64,000 nt of DNA from an uncultured archaeon (GTDB taxonomy: Archaea > Thermoproteota > Bathyarchaeia > Bathyarchaeales > Bathycorpusculaceae): positions 1 through 64,000 of the forward strand of contig CAWALK010000014.1 in NCBI GenBank assembly GCA_963782915.1. The letters are read 5' to 3'. Below are positions 12,135 through 24,542 of the stretch, in pieces (within the stretch, counting starts at the first letter, position 1; each line of letters opens with the position of its first letter). Below the pieces are notes generated by a model, which ran no database searches, was not told where the DNA came from, and saw only the letters and a list, made by a program, of their open reading frames with translations. Position numbers and translations under genes: made by a program.

Positions 12135-13031
12135 CCGGAAAAAGTAAGTAAGAATCCGTGATTTAGTCAAAGTCCATCACACAGGAAAAATCGAAGTCCA
12201 AGCCCTAAGAGGCTTAAACTTGGATATTTCCTCAGGCGAACTCGTCTCCATCATCGGCCCATGCGGCAGCGGCAAATCCACATTACTCAACATCATAGGC
12301 GGATTAGACAAAGCCACCGCAGGCAACGTAACCGTCGGCGAAAAAACCGTAACCAACCTATCCGTCCGCCAACTAGTCGATTACCGCAGAAAAATGGTTG
12401 GCCATATCTTCCAAAACCTCAACTTAATCCCAACCCTAACCGCACAAGAAAACATCGAATTCTCCATGGTGGCTTCAGGAGTAAAACGGGGCAAACGCAA
12501 ACAACGAGTCGAAGAACTCTTAGAAACCGTTGGCTTAAAAAACCGCGCCCACCACAAACCCGAAGAACTCAGCGGCGGAGAACAACAAAGAATCGCCATA
12601 GCCTCCGCATTAGCAAACGACGCACCAGTTCTCTTAGCTGATGAACCCACAGGCGAATTGGATACTGCAAACGCAAAACTCATCGCAGAATACCTTGTGA
12701 AAGTGAACCGGAATTCGGCAAAACCATCATCATGGTCACCCATGACCCCAGCGTCGCCAGAGTCTCAACACGCATCCTACGCATCGAAGACGGCATCATA
12801 AAAACCTCGTTGGCACCCTCTGAAGTCATCGGTAGCCAAGAAAAAGCAGTTCCTACGTGGACCAAATCAAAGCCAGAATCACAGAGCTAACCGACAATGA
12901 CGCAACTAGACAGCGAATTCCGCTCCGGCAAAATCGAAGGCGACGAATACGTGCAGAAACACCAAACACTCAAAAACATCAGAGACAGCCTCAAAGAAGA
13001 ATGCTGCCGAATGGGAGTCATCCCCCCTTAA
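12131..13031 (+). CDS. ABC transporter ATP-binding protein (LolD-like) with C-terminal helical extension, frameshifted
   Basis: Walker A GPCGSGKST, LSGGEQQR, LLADEPTG, MVTHD. Confidence 0.9.
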
Positions 13032-13039
13032 CCCCGTTT

Positions 13040-13350
13040 ATCGGTAAACCAATTATTGTTGGGTTATGCTGCTTGGGTGATTGCACAACCAGCCTGCAAC
13101 TTGAACCTAACGTAGACGCCAAAAACACTTTTCATAATCTGGTTGTTGTTGTGTATAGGCGGTTTCTGCCAACAACACACTGTAGAAAAAACATTTTAGC
13201 CCTTTAACTGTCGGAAAATTTTCAGTGTCTGCTTGCAGATTTGTCCCCCCAACCTGCAATCGCCAAAACCATCCAACACCAAAACAGACAACAGAGCTAA
13301 GCCTACAGGTTGTTGTTGAAAAAAGGGGACCCACGCAACAACTAAAAACT
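13040..13350 (-). repeat. Multi-hairpin intergenic element (probable family 2 member, GTTGTT/AACAAC motif)
   Basis: Inverted repeats GTTGGGTT..AACCTAAC, TGTTG..GGCGG/CTGCC..AACA, TTGCAG..CTGCAA, GTTGTTG..CAACAAC between convergent genes. Confidence 0.55.
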
Positions 13351-13358
13351 TAACCTTC

Positions 13359-15458
13359 TTATCTTTCTATTGAGATTTTGCTAACTCCAGCTTCTTTATC
13401 CAGAATTATTACGTGGTCGCCTTTTGCAGCGAAAGCTTCACTATGGGTTACCGCAATGATTTGTTCGATGGCTTTGAATCGGCTAATGGCTTCTGCGAGA
13501 CGTTCGATGCTACCGTCTTCGCTGCCCAAGTTCTCTGTGGGTTCATCAAGCATCAACATGCTTAACCCGTGTCCAGTGCGTGACTGCATAATCAGCTGCC
13601 CCAAACCAAGCCGATAAGCAAACGCCAAAAATGTGCGTTCGCCGCCTGAAAGGTTGGCGACTTCGCGGTCTACTCCTGCCTCGCTTTTCACGTAGGGCGT
13701 GTAGGATTCGTCGATGTCTACGTTTAGCATGGGTGTTTCGCCGCCGACCAAACTGTCGAGGATTTGCTGGACAAAATTGCGTAGAACCTTCACAAATTCG
13801 CTGCGTAGTTTTGGTTGGATACTGCGGTAAGCGTCGCGAATTGCGCTGAGCAACTCGACGGTTCGGCGGATTTTCTCCATCCGCTCCAGTTTCTCCTGTG
13901 CCAAATTGATGCGGTCTTTAGTGTCGTCTAATCGGCGGGCTAAGTCTTTTTTGCGGTTTTGTTTAGTCTGCAAATCCGATTCTACAGCGTAGTATTGTTT
14001 GAGTGCTTGGTCTTTTTTGTCTTTAGCTGTTTGCAATTCGGATATGTCGAATTTGCTGATTTCAAACTGCACCAAAGCTTCAGTTCGCCGTGTTGTTCAC
14101 TCTCTAGCCGCTGCTGAGTCTCAAGTTCGCCTGAAAGGGTTTTAAGGTTAGTTTCTTCCTCAGCAATCCGCGATTTCAAGTCGGAGCCCCGTGTTAGGAA
14201 AGTTTGGAGGTTGCTGTTGGCTTCGGAAGCTACGGTTTTTGTTTTTTGTAAGGTTGCCGCTTCAAGCCGCAGGTGGTTAATGGTTTTTTCCCGTTCACTA
14301 TTTTCCTGTTTTATGCTTGACAGTAAATCAGTTTTGTAGTTGCCCACTAAGGGTTGGCTGCAAACGGGGCATTTGCCTTCCCCAGTTTCAACCAATGTAG
14401 CTGCTCTTTTCTGGTCCTGCTGCAATCTCCGTGAGGTGGCTTCCTGTTCTGCCCGCACTGCAGAAATTTTTTCGTCGAACCCAGCTAAGAAGGGTGCTTA
14501 GTTGGTCAAAGGGCTGATTAGCTGGCAAACCCGCCTGCTCAAGCTTAGACAGGCACAGCTTGATTTGGCTATCCAAAGAGGTTTGGCGCTGCTGGAGGTT
14601 GCCTATGATGTTTTTTTGTCTTCAATTTGCTGGGTTAGTGAAGTGAGGTTTCTTTTCATGTTGGTGATGTTGGCGTTTAGCTCGGGCTTCTTTGCGTTTG
14701 AGTTCTTCTATGGCGAGTTTTTTGTCTTCCGACCGTTTCAGCCGCGCATCTGTTTCTTCAAGGGTCCTTTTAGCAAATGCGACTTTCTGCGCAGAATCCT
14801 CCAAATCCATCTCTAAAAGCGTGAATTCTTCGCTTGCCCTGTTATAGTCGGCGCTAAGTTTCTCTAAACCCACAACATCAGCGTCTTTCTCGTAAACCCG
14901 CTTCTCATTTTCGTAGTCACGTTGGTACTGGGCAATATTGCTCCATGCCACCTCATAATCTGACAACCCGAAATAGCTCGTCGAGACGAGTCTGCCTATC
15001 CCGGGGTTTCGCATCCAGTAGTTCCTTTAGGTGTTCTTGGCGGAACCAAACAATTTCTCGGTACAAGTCCCGATCTAAGCCTGTGATGGCTTTAAGTTGT
15101 TCAGCGATGGCTTCATTTTTCATGCTGGCAACCAGCTTTTCCTCGTCAAAGAGTTTAAGTTGCTCAATATCCTGCATTATGCTTTTGCCTTTGCGTTTTA
15201 AGCCTCGGACAAGCTTGTAGGTGTTGCCGTTCTGCCTAAACTGCACAGTAACCCTGCACCATTCTGCGCCTTCACGCAGCAGATACTCAAAGCTTCGCCG
15301 CCAATCGCGTCGCCGAACAAGGCAAAATCAACAGCGTAGAGCACGCTGGATTTGCCGCAGCCCACTCCCCCAACAACACAGTTGAAGCCATGCGTGAAGG
15401 GCACAGTGGATTTAGTGTGGCTGCGAATGTTTTCCAGCACAACCACATCGATTTTCAT
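13359..15458 (-). CDS. rad50: DNA double-strand break repair ATPase Rad50 (multiple frameshifts)
   Basis: LENIRSH, GGVGCGKSS Walker A, WFRQ, coiled coil, CPVC zinc hook, LSGGE, LDEPT, VTHS. Adjacent to mre11. Confidence 0.9.
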
Positions 15459-16662
15459 TTCGATAGCTCCTCGATGGTTTGCTTAACTTTTTCGTCTTGC
15501 TTTGCGTGCCAATGGCTCAATTAGGTTGAGGGCTCCATGCGCTATTTTTTGGGCTTCTTCTTTGCTGTAGCGGTCAGAGAAAATCTGCACGAAGTACTCG
15601 TATGCTTTGGTTTTTAGGTCTTTGAATTCGCCTTCAAAAATGGAGCGGACCACTTCGTCGGAAACCGCGGTTTCTTTCAAGCTGCACAATTGGGTGTACG
15701 AGCAGAGCTTTTTGGGCGGCGCAGCGAATTCTGGGCACATCGATTTCAGTGCGGCTGGCTTCTGCTGGCAATGTGCCTTTGAGAACTGGGATTATGATGG
15801 CGTCTGCTTCGTCAGCTTCCTTAACCATCTGGACGGTTTGCTCAGTGATTTTCGCTGAAGCCATCCCTGTGAAGTCGAATTCTAAAACGACGAATTTGCG
15901 TGGAGACGTTAATTCGATTAGTTCGGGGTAAACTTCGCCTTTTTCGTCAACTTGGACATGGTAGAAGCCTTTGGTGATTTTGGCTTCGTCGGCGCTGACG
16001 GTTTCGGTGCAGCCGCATAAACGAGGATGCCGCTTTTGAAGTAGCCTGTGAATCGGTCATGAATGTGTCCTGCAGCGTAGTAGCAGAAGCCATCTGGCAA
16101 CTCGTTTGGGGTAGATTTCTGCTTCAATATAGGGTGGTTTGACGTCTGGTAAATCGACTGCGCCATGGAACACAAAAATGTTGGCGACGCCCGCTTTGGG
16201 TGTAGGCGGGTTTTCTTCCATGAATTTTGGGAGTGCTTCGGCGGTTTTGTGGCGGTTGTGGTAGTTTGGGATGCCATATACGTAGGAGCAGTCGGGTTTG
16301 CTCCAGCATGCTCCTCGATGACGTGGGAGATGAATGATTAGGCCTGCGCTGTCCAGTGGGTAAAGAATGGTGCTTGTTATGGTGTTGGGTGCGGAGTCGT
16401 GGCTGCCATCCACCGTTAAAACTGGGATGCCTGCGTCTTTTAGGCGTTTAAAACTGCGAATCGTGTTTTCTAGGGTGTGGTTGGATGGGCGGGCTTGATG
16501 AAACAAGTCGCCTGCAATAATCATAAAGTCAGGTTTTAACTCGATTGTTTTGTCCACGAGTTCGCTAAAGGCGTTGTCGAAGTCTTGCCTACGCACCTCT
16601 AACCCGTACTGGGCATAGCCTAAATGCAGATCCGATGCATGGACAAAACTGAAAGCCCTCAA
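15455..16662 (-). CDS. mre11: DNA repair nuclease Mre11 (frameshifted)
   Basis: SDLHLGY, AGDLFH, GSHD, FHG and YAAGHIH phosphoesterase motifs. Confidence 0.9.
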
Positions 16663-16711
16663 ACCCTATCCCTTTTAACGTTAATGTAGTTAGAGTTTGC
16701 AGTGGCAAGTT

Positions 16712-17071
16712 TTAAGCCTTTGGCATGCAAGGGGCTAACTGCAATGTTTTGAGGGTTCTGCTATTTTTTGATTCCAGCAACCAATACCATGTCTCGATGG
16801 TAGCGAAATGTTCCTTGCCGTTTTTTCTGTTGGTAGATAATGGTAAGATCGCCCTATACTCATCTTCTTCCTGTGGGCTTAGCTGGAGGCTGCTTTTGAT
16901 TTCTGCGTTTAACGGTGATTGTAGGTTGGTTGAGGAGCAAACCGCAAGCTCCACAGCCGAGAAACATTGGTTTGCTGTTTTTTTATGGCTATAGACTTCG
17001 ATGATTAAACAAAACCCTCGAAACCCTCGGCTTCTTGCCATGTTCCAGTATTGGAACACAACGTTCCCCAA
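16712..17071 (-). CDS. Hypothetical protein
   Basis: 119-aa ORF filling an otherwise empty gap. No recognisable motif. Confidence 0.3.
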   Translation of the reverse strand: MGNVVFQYWNMARSRGFRGFCLIIEVYSHKKTANQCFSAVELAVCSSTNLQSPLNAEIKSSLQLSPQEEDEYRAILPLSTNRKNGKEHFATIETWYWLLESKNSRTLKTLQLAPCMPKA

Positions 17072-17110
17072 ATAGAACTAAATCCCCAATCAAGTAACCT
17101 GTACTCAGTG

Positions 17111-17958
17111 ATGAAGACGATGGCTAAAGGTTTAGCAGTATTAACATCATTTCTAATTAGCTAGCTTGCTCTTAGTTGCATTTCCTACAGAAGCCAAAAC
17201 AGCGCGAGCTCAAGACGAATGGTCCTATGGCATCTGGATATTCTCACCAACAAACATCACCTACACCACAAACCAGCTATTACTAAACATTACAGCAAAA
17301 CGCAATTTCGACCCAAACTACTACAATACACAACTAAAGTACAACCTAAACGGAACAGAAAACATCACCATCCCTACAACCGACACCTATGTTGACATGA
17401 GCATCCCCGGAACAATTTTTAGCGGTTTAGCGTCATACACATTATTCAGCGGCACAATAGCTCTACCGAAAATACCTGAAGGCACCTATTGCTTAACCGT
17501 TTATGGCGTTTACAATCGTGCACAAAGGTGTTGACCCCAAGTATCCTAACATGTATGACATACAGACCATCTATTTCACTATAAACAGAGGCATCCCTCC
17601 AACGATAACTCTGCTTCAATTTAGAAACGTAACCTCTGAAAAGAGTTTATCGCTGAATTTTACGGTGGACAAACCCGTTAGTTGGATGGGATACTGCTTC
17701 GATAGGCAAGACAACGTAACTGTCTCCGGCAACTTTACTCTTCTCAGAGTTAGCCTATGGTCTGCATAATGTTACAGTTTACGCTCAAGACTCATTGGGA
17801 AATCAGGGCGCTTCAGAAACTACCTATTTCGAAGTACTAACGGCAAAACAAATTGAGCCTTGGCTCATTGGCGTGTTAGCTGAGGGCATCTTTGCGGTTT
17901 TTATCACTGCCGCTTTATTCAAGAAATATTTGCAAAGAAAAGCACGTAAACAGGATAA
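17111..17958 (+). CDS. Secreted/surface Ig-like protein with C-terminal TM anchor (frameshifted)
   Basis: Signal peptide, IFSPTNITY, DKPVSWMGY..QDNVTVSGN, TM plus basic tail. Confidence 0.7.
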
Positions 17959-18069
17959 GTAGGCTATTGCCTACCCTAAGCCTTGTGTTAAACCTGTTAA
18001 ATTAGATTATTTTGGCGTAAAAATATAAGATACCACATGCATTAACTCAGGAAAAGGCGCTAAACAGTC

Positions 18070-18903
18070 ATGAAATGCCAAGCATGCGAAAAGAGAAGAA
18101 GACCTGCCATTCCGTTGTCCCTACTGCGGCGGAAGTCTGCAGTGACCACCGTCTACCAGAAAACCACGCATGCCCACGAATAGAGGCAGCCCGAGCGAAC
18201 GCCAAGGCCAAGTCATGCAACAACAAGGCTACGGCAACTATAGTTACAGTTACGTGTATGGGCAAGACCCCCACAAAAAACAGTTCCACATCCGCTGGAG
18301 CCAAAAAGAAGTCAAACACATAGGCATTGCAGCAGTGCTTGTCATGGGAATCGGCATCTCCATCGGAGCATTCGCAACATTGCTCCCAGAGTTTTTCGGA
18401 TTCAGCTTCGAATGGATCTAACTATGATGGCTGCCTTCGGAGTAGTAATGATAATCTCATTTCTCACTCACGAAATAGCGCACAAAGTCACCGCTCAAAA
18501 GAAAGGGTTATGGGCTGAATTCCGCCTAACAACCTTCGGTAGCACTCTTAACGTTTGCATCAATATTCTTGCCTTTCCGCATGATTGCTCCAGGCGCCAT
18601 GATGATTGGCGGCACCTTACAGAAAAAAGAAGACATCGTAACCATATCCATAGCTGGACCCATAACCAACATGGCATTCTCAGCGGTATTTCTCGGATTA
18701 GCCTTTACGCTGCCCCTTTCATACGCATGGTTCGGAATGCTGCTGTTTCAGCATACATCAACGCATTCATGGCTGTCTTCAACTTGGTACCATTCGGCGT
18801 CTTGGATGGCCTTAAAATATTCAATCTAAACAAAAAGGTCTGGGTAGCTGCGTTTGTACCAGCCGCGATTTTAGCATTATTCACTTACCTGCTTTTCGTA
18901 TAA
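18070..18903 (+). CDS. AN1-type zinc finger fused to M50 (site-2) membrane metalloprotease (frameshifted)
   Basis: CQAC..PFRCPYCGG..CSDHRLPENHAC, then HEIAHK, AGPITN and NLVPFGVLDG. Confidence 0.85.
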
Positions 18904-18912
18904 CCCTTTATT

Positions 18913-19079
18913 TTATTGTCCTCTCTCAAAAAGCAAATAATGATTTACGGTATAATTCCATGCGCCGCCCATCCCAGCAGTATTATAACTGTGCAGGTGC
19001 CAGCCTTGCGCTTCCCATTCAACAATAGCTCTGCCCACATCTTCATGATGGGTAACTAAATACATCGCCATTCTTTCAT
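18913..19079 (-). CDS. Small ~55-aa protein, DUF4177-like (one indel)
   Basis: Manual translation MKEWRC..VTHHEDVGRAIVEWEAQGWHLHSYNTAGMGGAWNYTVNHYLLFERGQ*. GAGGTG upstream. Confidence 0.6.
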
Positions 19080-19170
19080 TCACTTCACCTCTTACTAAAT
19101 TTTTAGTATGTTGAGTTTGCCTTAATAGTTTTGTTTAATAACCTAACATTTGAAATAAATCTTGATGGCT

Positions 19171-19935
19171 ATGGCTGAAAACTCTGATTGAACGTAGTGA
19201 ACGTTACCGAAACCGCGAATTCGTCGATTTCTGGAGAGCCGATAAAGGCCTAAGAAGCCCGAAGCTGGTGGCGCCATAGACTTGTGACTTTACTGCCATT
19301 TGAACCCTCAGAGGCAATTCGTGTGTTGGATTTGGGCGCTGGAACAGGTGCACTCACCCTAGAACTTCTCAGCCGTTTCCCAAATGCCTCGGTGACTTGT
19401 GCTGATTTCTCTGAGGCAATGCTCAGCCATGCCCGAGAGCAACTCGCAAAGTACGGCGAAAAAATAACTTTTATGCAGAGTGACCTTCGAAAAGCTGGGT
19501 GGTCTCAAGGTATCAAAGGGAGTTTTGATGCGGTTGTATCGTCATTTCTTACCCATACTATACTGGACAGTGTTGAAAGGGTGTACCCTGAAGTTTACGG
19601 TATAGTTAATGCTGGAGGATGTTTTTATCAGGCGATTTCTATTCTTCACCCAACACTGTGTTAGATAAAATTTACCACCGTTTAGTGCTTCAAGATTTTC
19701 AAGCTCGAATTAAACAACAAACGGGGGCTGAGAAGAGTCTTGAAGAAGTGCATATGCTGCTGCGGGAGCGGCGAAAACAATACAGGGCTTTTCACGCTGA
19801 AACCGAAGAAGCCCCAATCAAGCTTAACGGTTAAGAGCCCATTTAGCATTGCTCGAAAAAGCAGGGTTCGATGAGGTAGACTGTTTAGTGAAGTATAGAA
19901 ATAATGCAATCATCGGCGGCTTGCGCCACCAATAA
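19171..19935 (+). CDS. Class I SAM-dependent methyltransferase (frameshifted)
   Basis: VLDLGAGTG, DFSEAML, FDAVVSS. Confidence 0.85.
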
Positions 19936-19980
19936 AATATTTTTTGCTTTACAAATAGATTTTGAGGAATTAAGAAAAGT

Positions 19981-20289
19981 TTAGATGAGTTCGATTGTTA
20001 CGTGCACTTCTTCAGGCACACGGATACGCATGATTCTACGCATGACACGTTCTTCAGAGTCGATGTCGATTAAGCGTTTGTGAATGCGCATTTCCCATCG
20101 ATCCCATGTCGCTGTACCTTCGCCTGATGGACCCTTAAGGACTGGAACACGTAGGCGTTTGGTTGGTAGCGGTACTGGACCGTTCATTTTGACACCTGTC
20201 TTGGAAGCGATGCTTCTGAGTTCTCCGCAAACCTCTTCTAGTTTCGCGTAATCGGTGCTTGTGAGGCGTATTCTTGCTTTTCTTACCAT
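19981..20289 (-). CDS. rps10: 30S ribosomal protein S10 (uS10)
   Basis: [38 protein letters not shown]. Confidence 0.97.
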   Translation of the reverse strand: MVRKARIRLTSTDYAKLEEVCGELRSIASKTGVKMNGPVPLPTKRLRVPVLKGPSGEGTATWDRWEMRIHKRLIDIDSEERVMRRIMRIRVPEEVHVTIELI

Positions 20290-20636
20290 TTTGGTCCATC
20301 AATCCATTGTTTTGCCGTTTATTATACGTTGAGTGCACCTATGAGACTTAAAGGGCACATAAAAACCTTGCGACGCACCTAAAACAAAGTGTTATAGGTG
20401 TGCACTGCAAAGTTGCAGCTTTTTATACGCTGAATGATATGGGTTATTTCCCTTTTAAAGACTATGGCTGACCAAAAACGCGGATAATCTGCAGTACACA
20501 CTTTCAATTGTACTATAACTACTCCAAGCAGCAGCTAATTTTACCGACTATAATTCATTGAATTGCAAAAAAGCGCTTTGTCGCTTGATAACATACCTTA
20601 AGTACATTTACAACCGACATAGCGCCCGGAATCAAC

Positions 20637-21388
20637 ATGAAAAAAACAGCCCTAATGGCAATCCTCATAACCCTCACATTACTTGCACCACTATACGCCT
20701 GCCTAAACCTTAACTCCACAGCCCAAGCAGCAACAACCCGAACAATCCAATTCTCAGGCTACACCTGGTACGTCGAAAACACAGCCCAACGAGCCCAACC
20801 CGGACCCAACTACTGGTCCAACAGCCCACAAAACGTCTGGCTCGATGAAAACGGTTACTTGCACCTAAAAATCACTTACAGCAACGGCAAATGGAACTGC
20901 GCAGAATTAACCTGCACCCAAACCTTTGGCTATGGCACATACGCATTTTACCTCGCCAGTAGAATGGACAACTTCGACAAAAACGTCATCTTAGGCTTAT
21001 TCGCCTACAAAGACGACTACCACGAAGTAGACATCGAATTCTCCAAATGGGGTCAAAGCAACTACAAAAACGGCTGGTACACTGTTCAACCAAACCCTCA
21101 TACATTGAAGGCGCCAACCAACGATCCTTCAACGTGCAACTAAACGGCGACTACACCACACACTACTTCACATGGAAAGCAAACAGCATCTACTTTGAAA
21201 GCTTCGGCGGCCACTACACAATCGGCCAAGAACCAGCAGGCAACATCATCCAATCCTTCACAAGCAACAGCCAAGTTAGCGCAACAGGCGTCAAAGCCCA
21301 CATCAACCTATGGCTCTACCAAGGGCATGCACCCTCCGATGGGTCACAAGCTGAAGTTATAGTCAAGAGCTTCAAGTATACACCTTAA
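20637..21388 (+). CDS. Secreted glycoside hydrolase family 16 protein (frameshift near 21095)
   Basis: Signal peptide, GPNYWS..NVWLDENGYLHL, catalytic EVDIE motif, HINLW. Confidence 0.8.
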
Positions 21389-21396
21389 TGGCGAAC

Positions 21397-22855
21397 TTAG
21401 CTGCGAACGCTGATGGCTTCTGTGCCACCGGCGCGGTCTAGTTTATGCCACTTTTTCTCTTTTCCAGTTAACGCCTTAACGATGGAAACTATGGTGACTA
21501 TGTCTATGAATTGTTTGTAGACAAATACGAAGAAGGGCGAATACACTGCTAACCCGTTATGCTCATTATCTATGGATAGCGCCAGTAGCGAAACGAAGAG
21601 TTGAATCAACAGAAACATGAACATCATACGTGCAAACAGCAGCAAACCACCTGTCAACATCATCATAACTCCTGCACCCAATGCAATGAAGCTTGCAAGC
21701 GGATTAAACAGCGAAAACAGCATGATTGGGAATACGAAGCTGTGAAGAGCGCCATAGCGGCTGTTAGAGAATATGTCTTTGTGTTTGATTATAGTTTGAA
21801 ACGTTCCTGTGCCCCATCTTACACGCTGTTTGTAGAGGGATTTCCAGCTGGAGGGAACTTCGGTGTAGGCGTGGGCTGCGGAGCTGGAGCTTACGGCGCC
21901 GTGGGTTTTAAGCAACTTGATGGTGATGTCGAAGTCCTCTGTTTGGGTGTCAGTGTCATATCCACCCACTTCCAGCACTGTCTTCTTTTTAAAAGCACCA
22001 AACGCTCCGGGAATAACCATGACTGCGCCAAACAACGCAAATGCCCTGCGTATGGTGTTGATTGCCATGATGTATTCGAGTTCTTGGATTTTGGTAATGG
22101 TGGATCTGCTGTTGAGAACTTTGATGTTTCCGGCGACGGCGACGTTATTGGGGTCACTTTCCATTGCTTGAACTATTTTATCTACGGCGTCTCTGGTGAC
22201 CATGCTGTCAGCGTCTATGGTGATGATTATGTCGCCTTTAGCGAATAGAAGTCCAAAGTTGAGGGCGGATGCTTTGCCGCCGTTGGGTTTAGTTACCACT
22301 TTTACGCCTTGTTTTTTGTAGCCTTGGGCGACAAAGCGAGTTAGGTCGCTTGAGCCGTCGTCTATTATGATGATTTCTTTGCGTTCATACTTTAAGCTGA
22401 GTAAACTCGTTATTGTGCGTGTGATAACGCCTTGCTCATTGTAGGCAGGCACCAAAATGGAAACCAGAGGGGTGGTTTTGTTTTCGGGGAGATGGTCTTC
22501 TAGTTCCTTGAATTTAGCTGCCGGTATAATAGGATATGATGTAATGAAGAAGGCTATGCTAAAGCCCGTTGTGGTTGCTGTTCGATAGACGGCTTCCATT
22601 GGATTTGAGCCTAAGAAACCAAAGAAAAACAGTACAACACACATTACCGCAGGCACCACTGCAACAAGCATTAAAGGCGCAAAGCGGCTGCCAACAAACA
22701 TTTTCTCCTTTTGCTCTAGAAAGAAAAATAACATACACATCAGCGCCGAAGCCACATGCCATCGCAACAACGATGTCTATGGTTCCGATTAGCAGAGACG
22801 CAATAGACAGGGTAAGAACCACTAATGCGCCGTAGAGGAGTGTTAGCTGCCGCAC
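21397..22855 (-). CDS. Processive glycosyltransferase family 2 (cellulose/PNAG synthase-like), frameshift near 22760
   Basis: PAYNE, DDGS, GGKASALN, DADS, TEDFD and QRVRW motifs with N- and C-terminal TM helices. Confidence 0.9.
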
Positions 22856-22932
22856 TCAAACCTACCATCCATGCCTGAAACCGCAAGGAGATAGCGGAGA
22901 ACTTAGGTGGTGGTTGAATGCGGCAGCAGACT

Positions 22933-24440
22933 TCATGCTTTTGCCCCATTTACTTGTGGAATCTTTGAGTTAGCCAATGCTTCTTCGATGTTTTTGCCCT
23001 CGCTAACTTTCAAGCCATAGGCTTTTGCGTAGTTGCGTGCTTCCGGCGTCAAACCAGGGATGGCGAAGAGCAGAAAGTCTGTGTCGATGTCACTGATTTT
23101 TCCATAGATCTGTGTCATGTCGCCAAGTTTTAGGGGTTTGCCTGAGATGCGTACTTCAACTGCTGTGTTGCCGTTGTCATTTCTTGGCGTGGTGGTGTAG
23201 GCGCCTGCTTTTTGTATTTCAACCCAGCCGACTCTGCCCAAGATTAGCATGTCAAAGAGGTGCTGTGTGCCCGATTTGCCGCTGACGAATGCTGGAGCAA
23301 CTATGGTGTAGCCCAAGTTTTTGAAGAACTGATTGCACGTTTCGAGCGGTTTTATGTGTTGTAGTTCTTGTAGGGGCATCTGTGGATTGGCGATGTATTT
23401 GTATAGCATGATTTCGGGTTCGTCGTCTATATCTGCACTTGAGGTGCAGTCGCTGCATTTGATGGTTAGTTTAGGTTCGCCGTTTAGCGTGTTGCAGCCT
23501 AAGCATTTGTATGCGGGGGGTAGTGTGCGGTAGTCGGAGCCGATGAGTTGCAGTTTTACTTTGCATTTGGGGCAGAGTAAATCGCCGTTTTTAGTTTCAA
23601 ATGCGCTTTGGCGTTCTACTGCTCCGCATGAGAAGTGCTCAATCAAGCCTTCCTTATGCAGTCGCAGTGAGCCGCATTCGGGGCAGGTTCGAAGGATTCT
23701 GACGTTGCCTGAACCGCATGTTTGGCAAACGATAACTTTGTCGATTAACTCCGCATTCAAGTATCCTTTGCGTACCAAGGCGTCGAGTACTTGGCGGGAA
23801 TGTTTGGTGTCCCAGTCAAGCTGTGGAATGCCTTCGTAAGTGTAGCCTTCGGGTTTGTTGGGGTTAACTATTGGGGTGATTTGGTTGACTTTTCCGTAGA
23901 GGAAAAGTTCCATCATGCTCTGTTCATCTCGCCGTAAGCCTTCTTCTGGTGCATCCTCTGCTTTTGTTTGTGTCAGGTTTGTTAGTGCTGCGGTGGGGTT
24001 GGTTTGGGTATTGATTTTGTTAGCTGCTTCACTTGCTTGGTTGCATCGTCGGTTGCTGTTTTGGCTGCTTTACGTTTTTCTTGCATGTTTCCAACAGCAA
24101 AGGCAGCGCCAAAACCGGAAGCTAACCCAATTTCAAGCCCTCCAAGTAAAATAACTGCTGCCACGAGTTCAGCGTTATATTTGATGATTGAAACTTCAAT
24201 GCCTGCAAAAATCGAGGCGAAATTCTGGAATAACCCAATAGAATATACTGTATTGCTCAAGATGCTGCTGAATAGGAAAATCAGGATTAACCCAACTGCT
24301 CCTAATGCTGCGGCGAAGGCAACCAGTGGAAGCGGTTTGCGTTTCTTGGTTTTTGCGGGAATATAGTTGAAGACGACACCGATAATTATCGCCATAATTA
24401 CGGTAATGATGGGGGCGACTAGCGCGGCTATCTCTACCAT
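22933..24440 (-). CDS. Probable single gene: N-terminal TM region + TackOD1-like multi-Zn-ribbon + restriction-endonuclease-like domain (frameshift near 24040)
   Basis: ORF 22933..23916 has CQTC, CPEC, EHFSCG, CPKC, CLGC, CSDC and GKSGTQHLFD. Its frame is open upstream (QASEAANKINTQ..EQSMMEL) and overlaps the TM ORF 23982..24440. Confidence 0.65.
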
Positions 24441-24542
24441 TTTTGCTGGTCACTCCATTGCTTGTAAACTGACGTTTTGACGTATTTTGGATATCTTGAA
24501 AAAAGGGAAAACCGGATTTTTAGAATCAATAGTGTACTCTCC

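Noticed and set aside
21601-22248. 215-aa antisense ORF and other long shadow ORFs
   Set aside because: Opposite-strand shadows of well-supported genes with strong codon bias.
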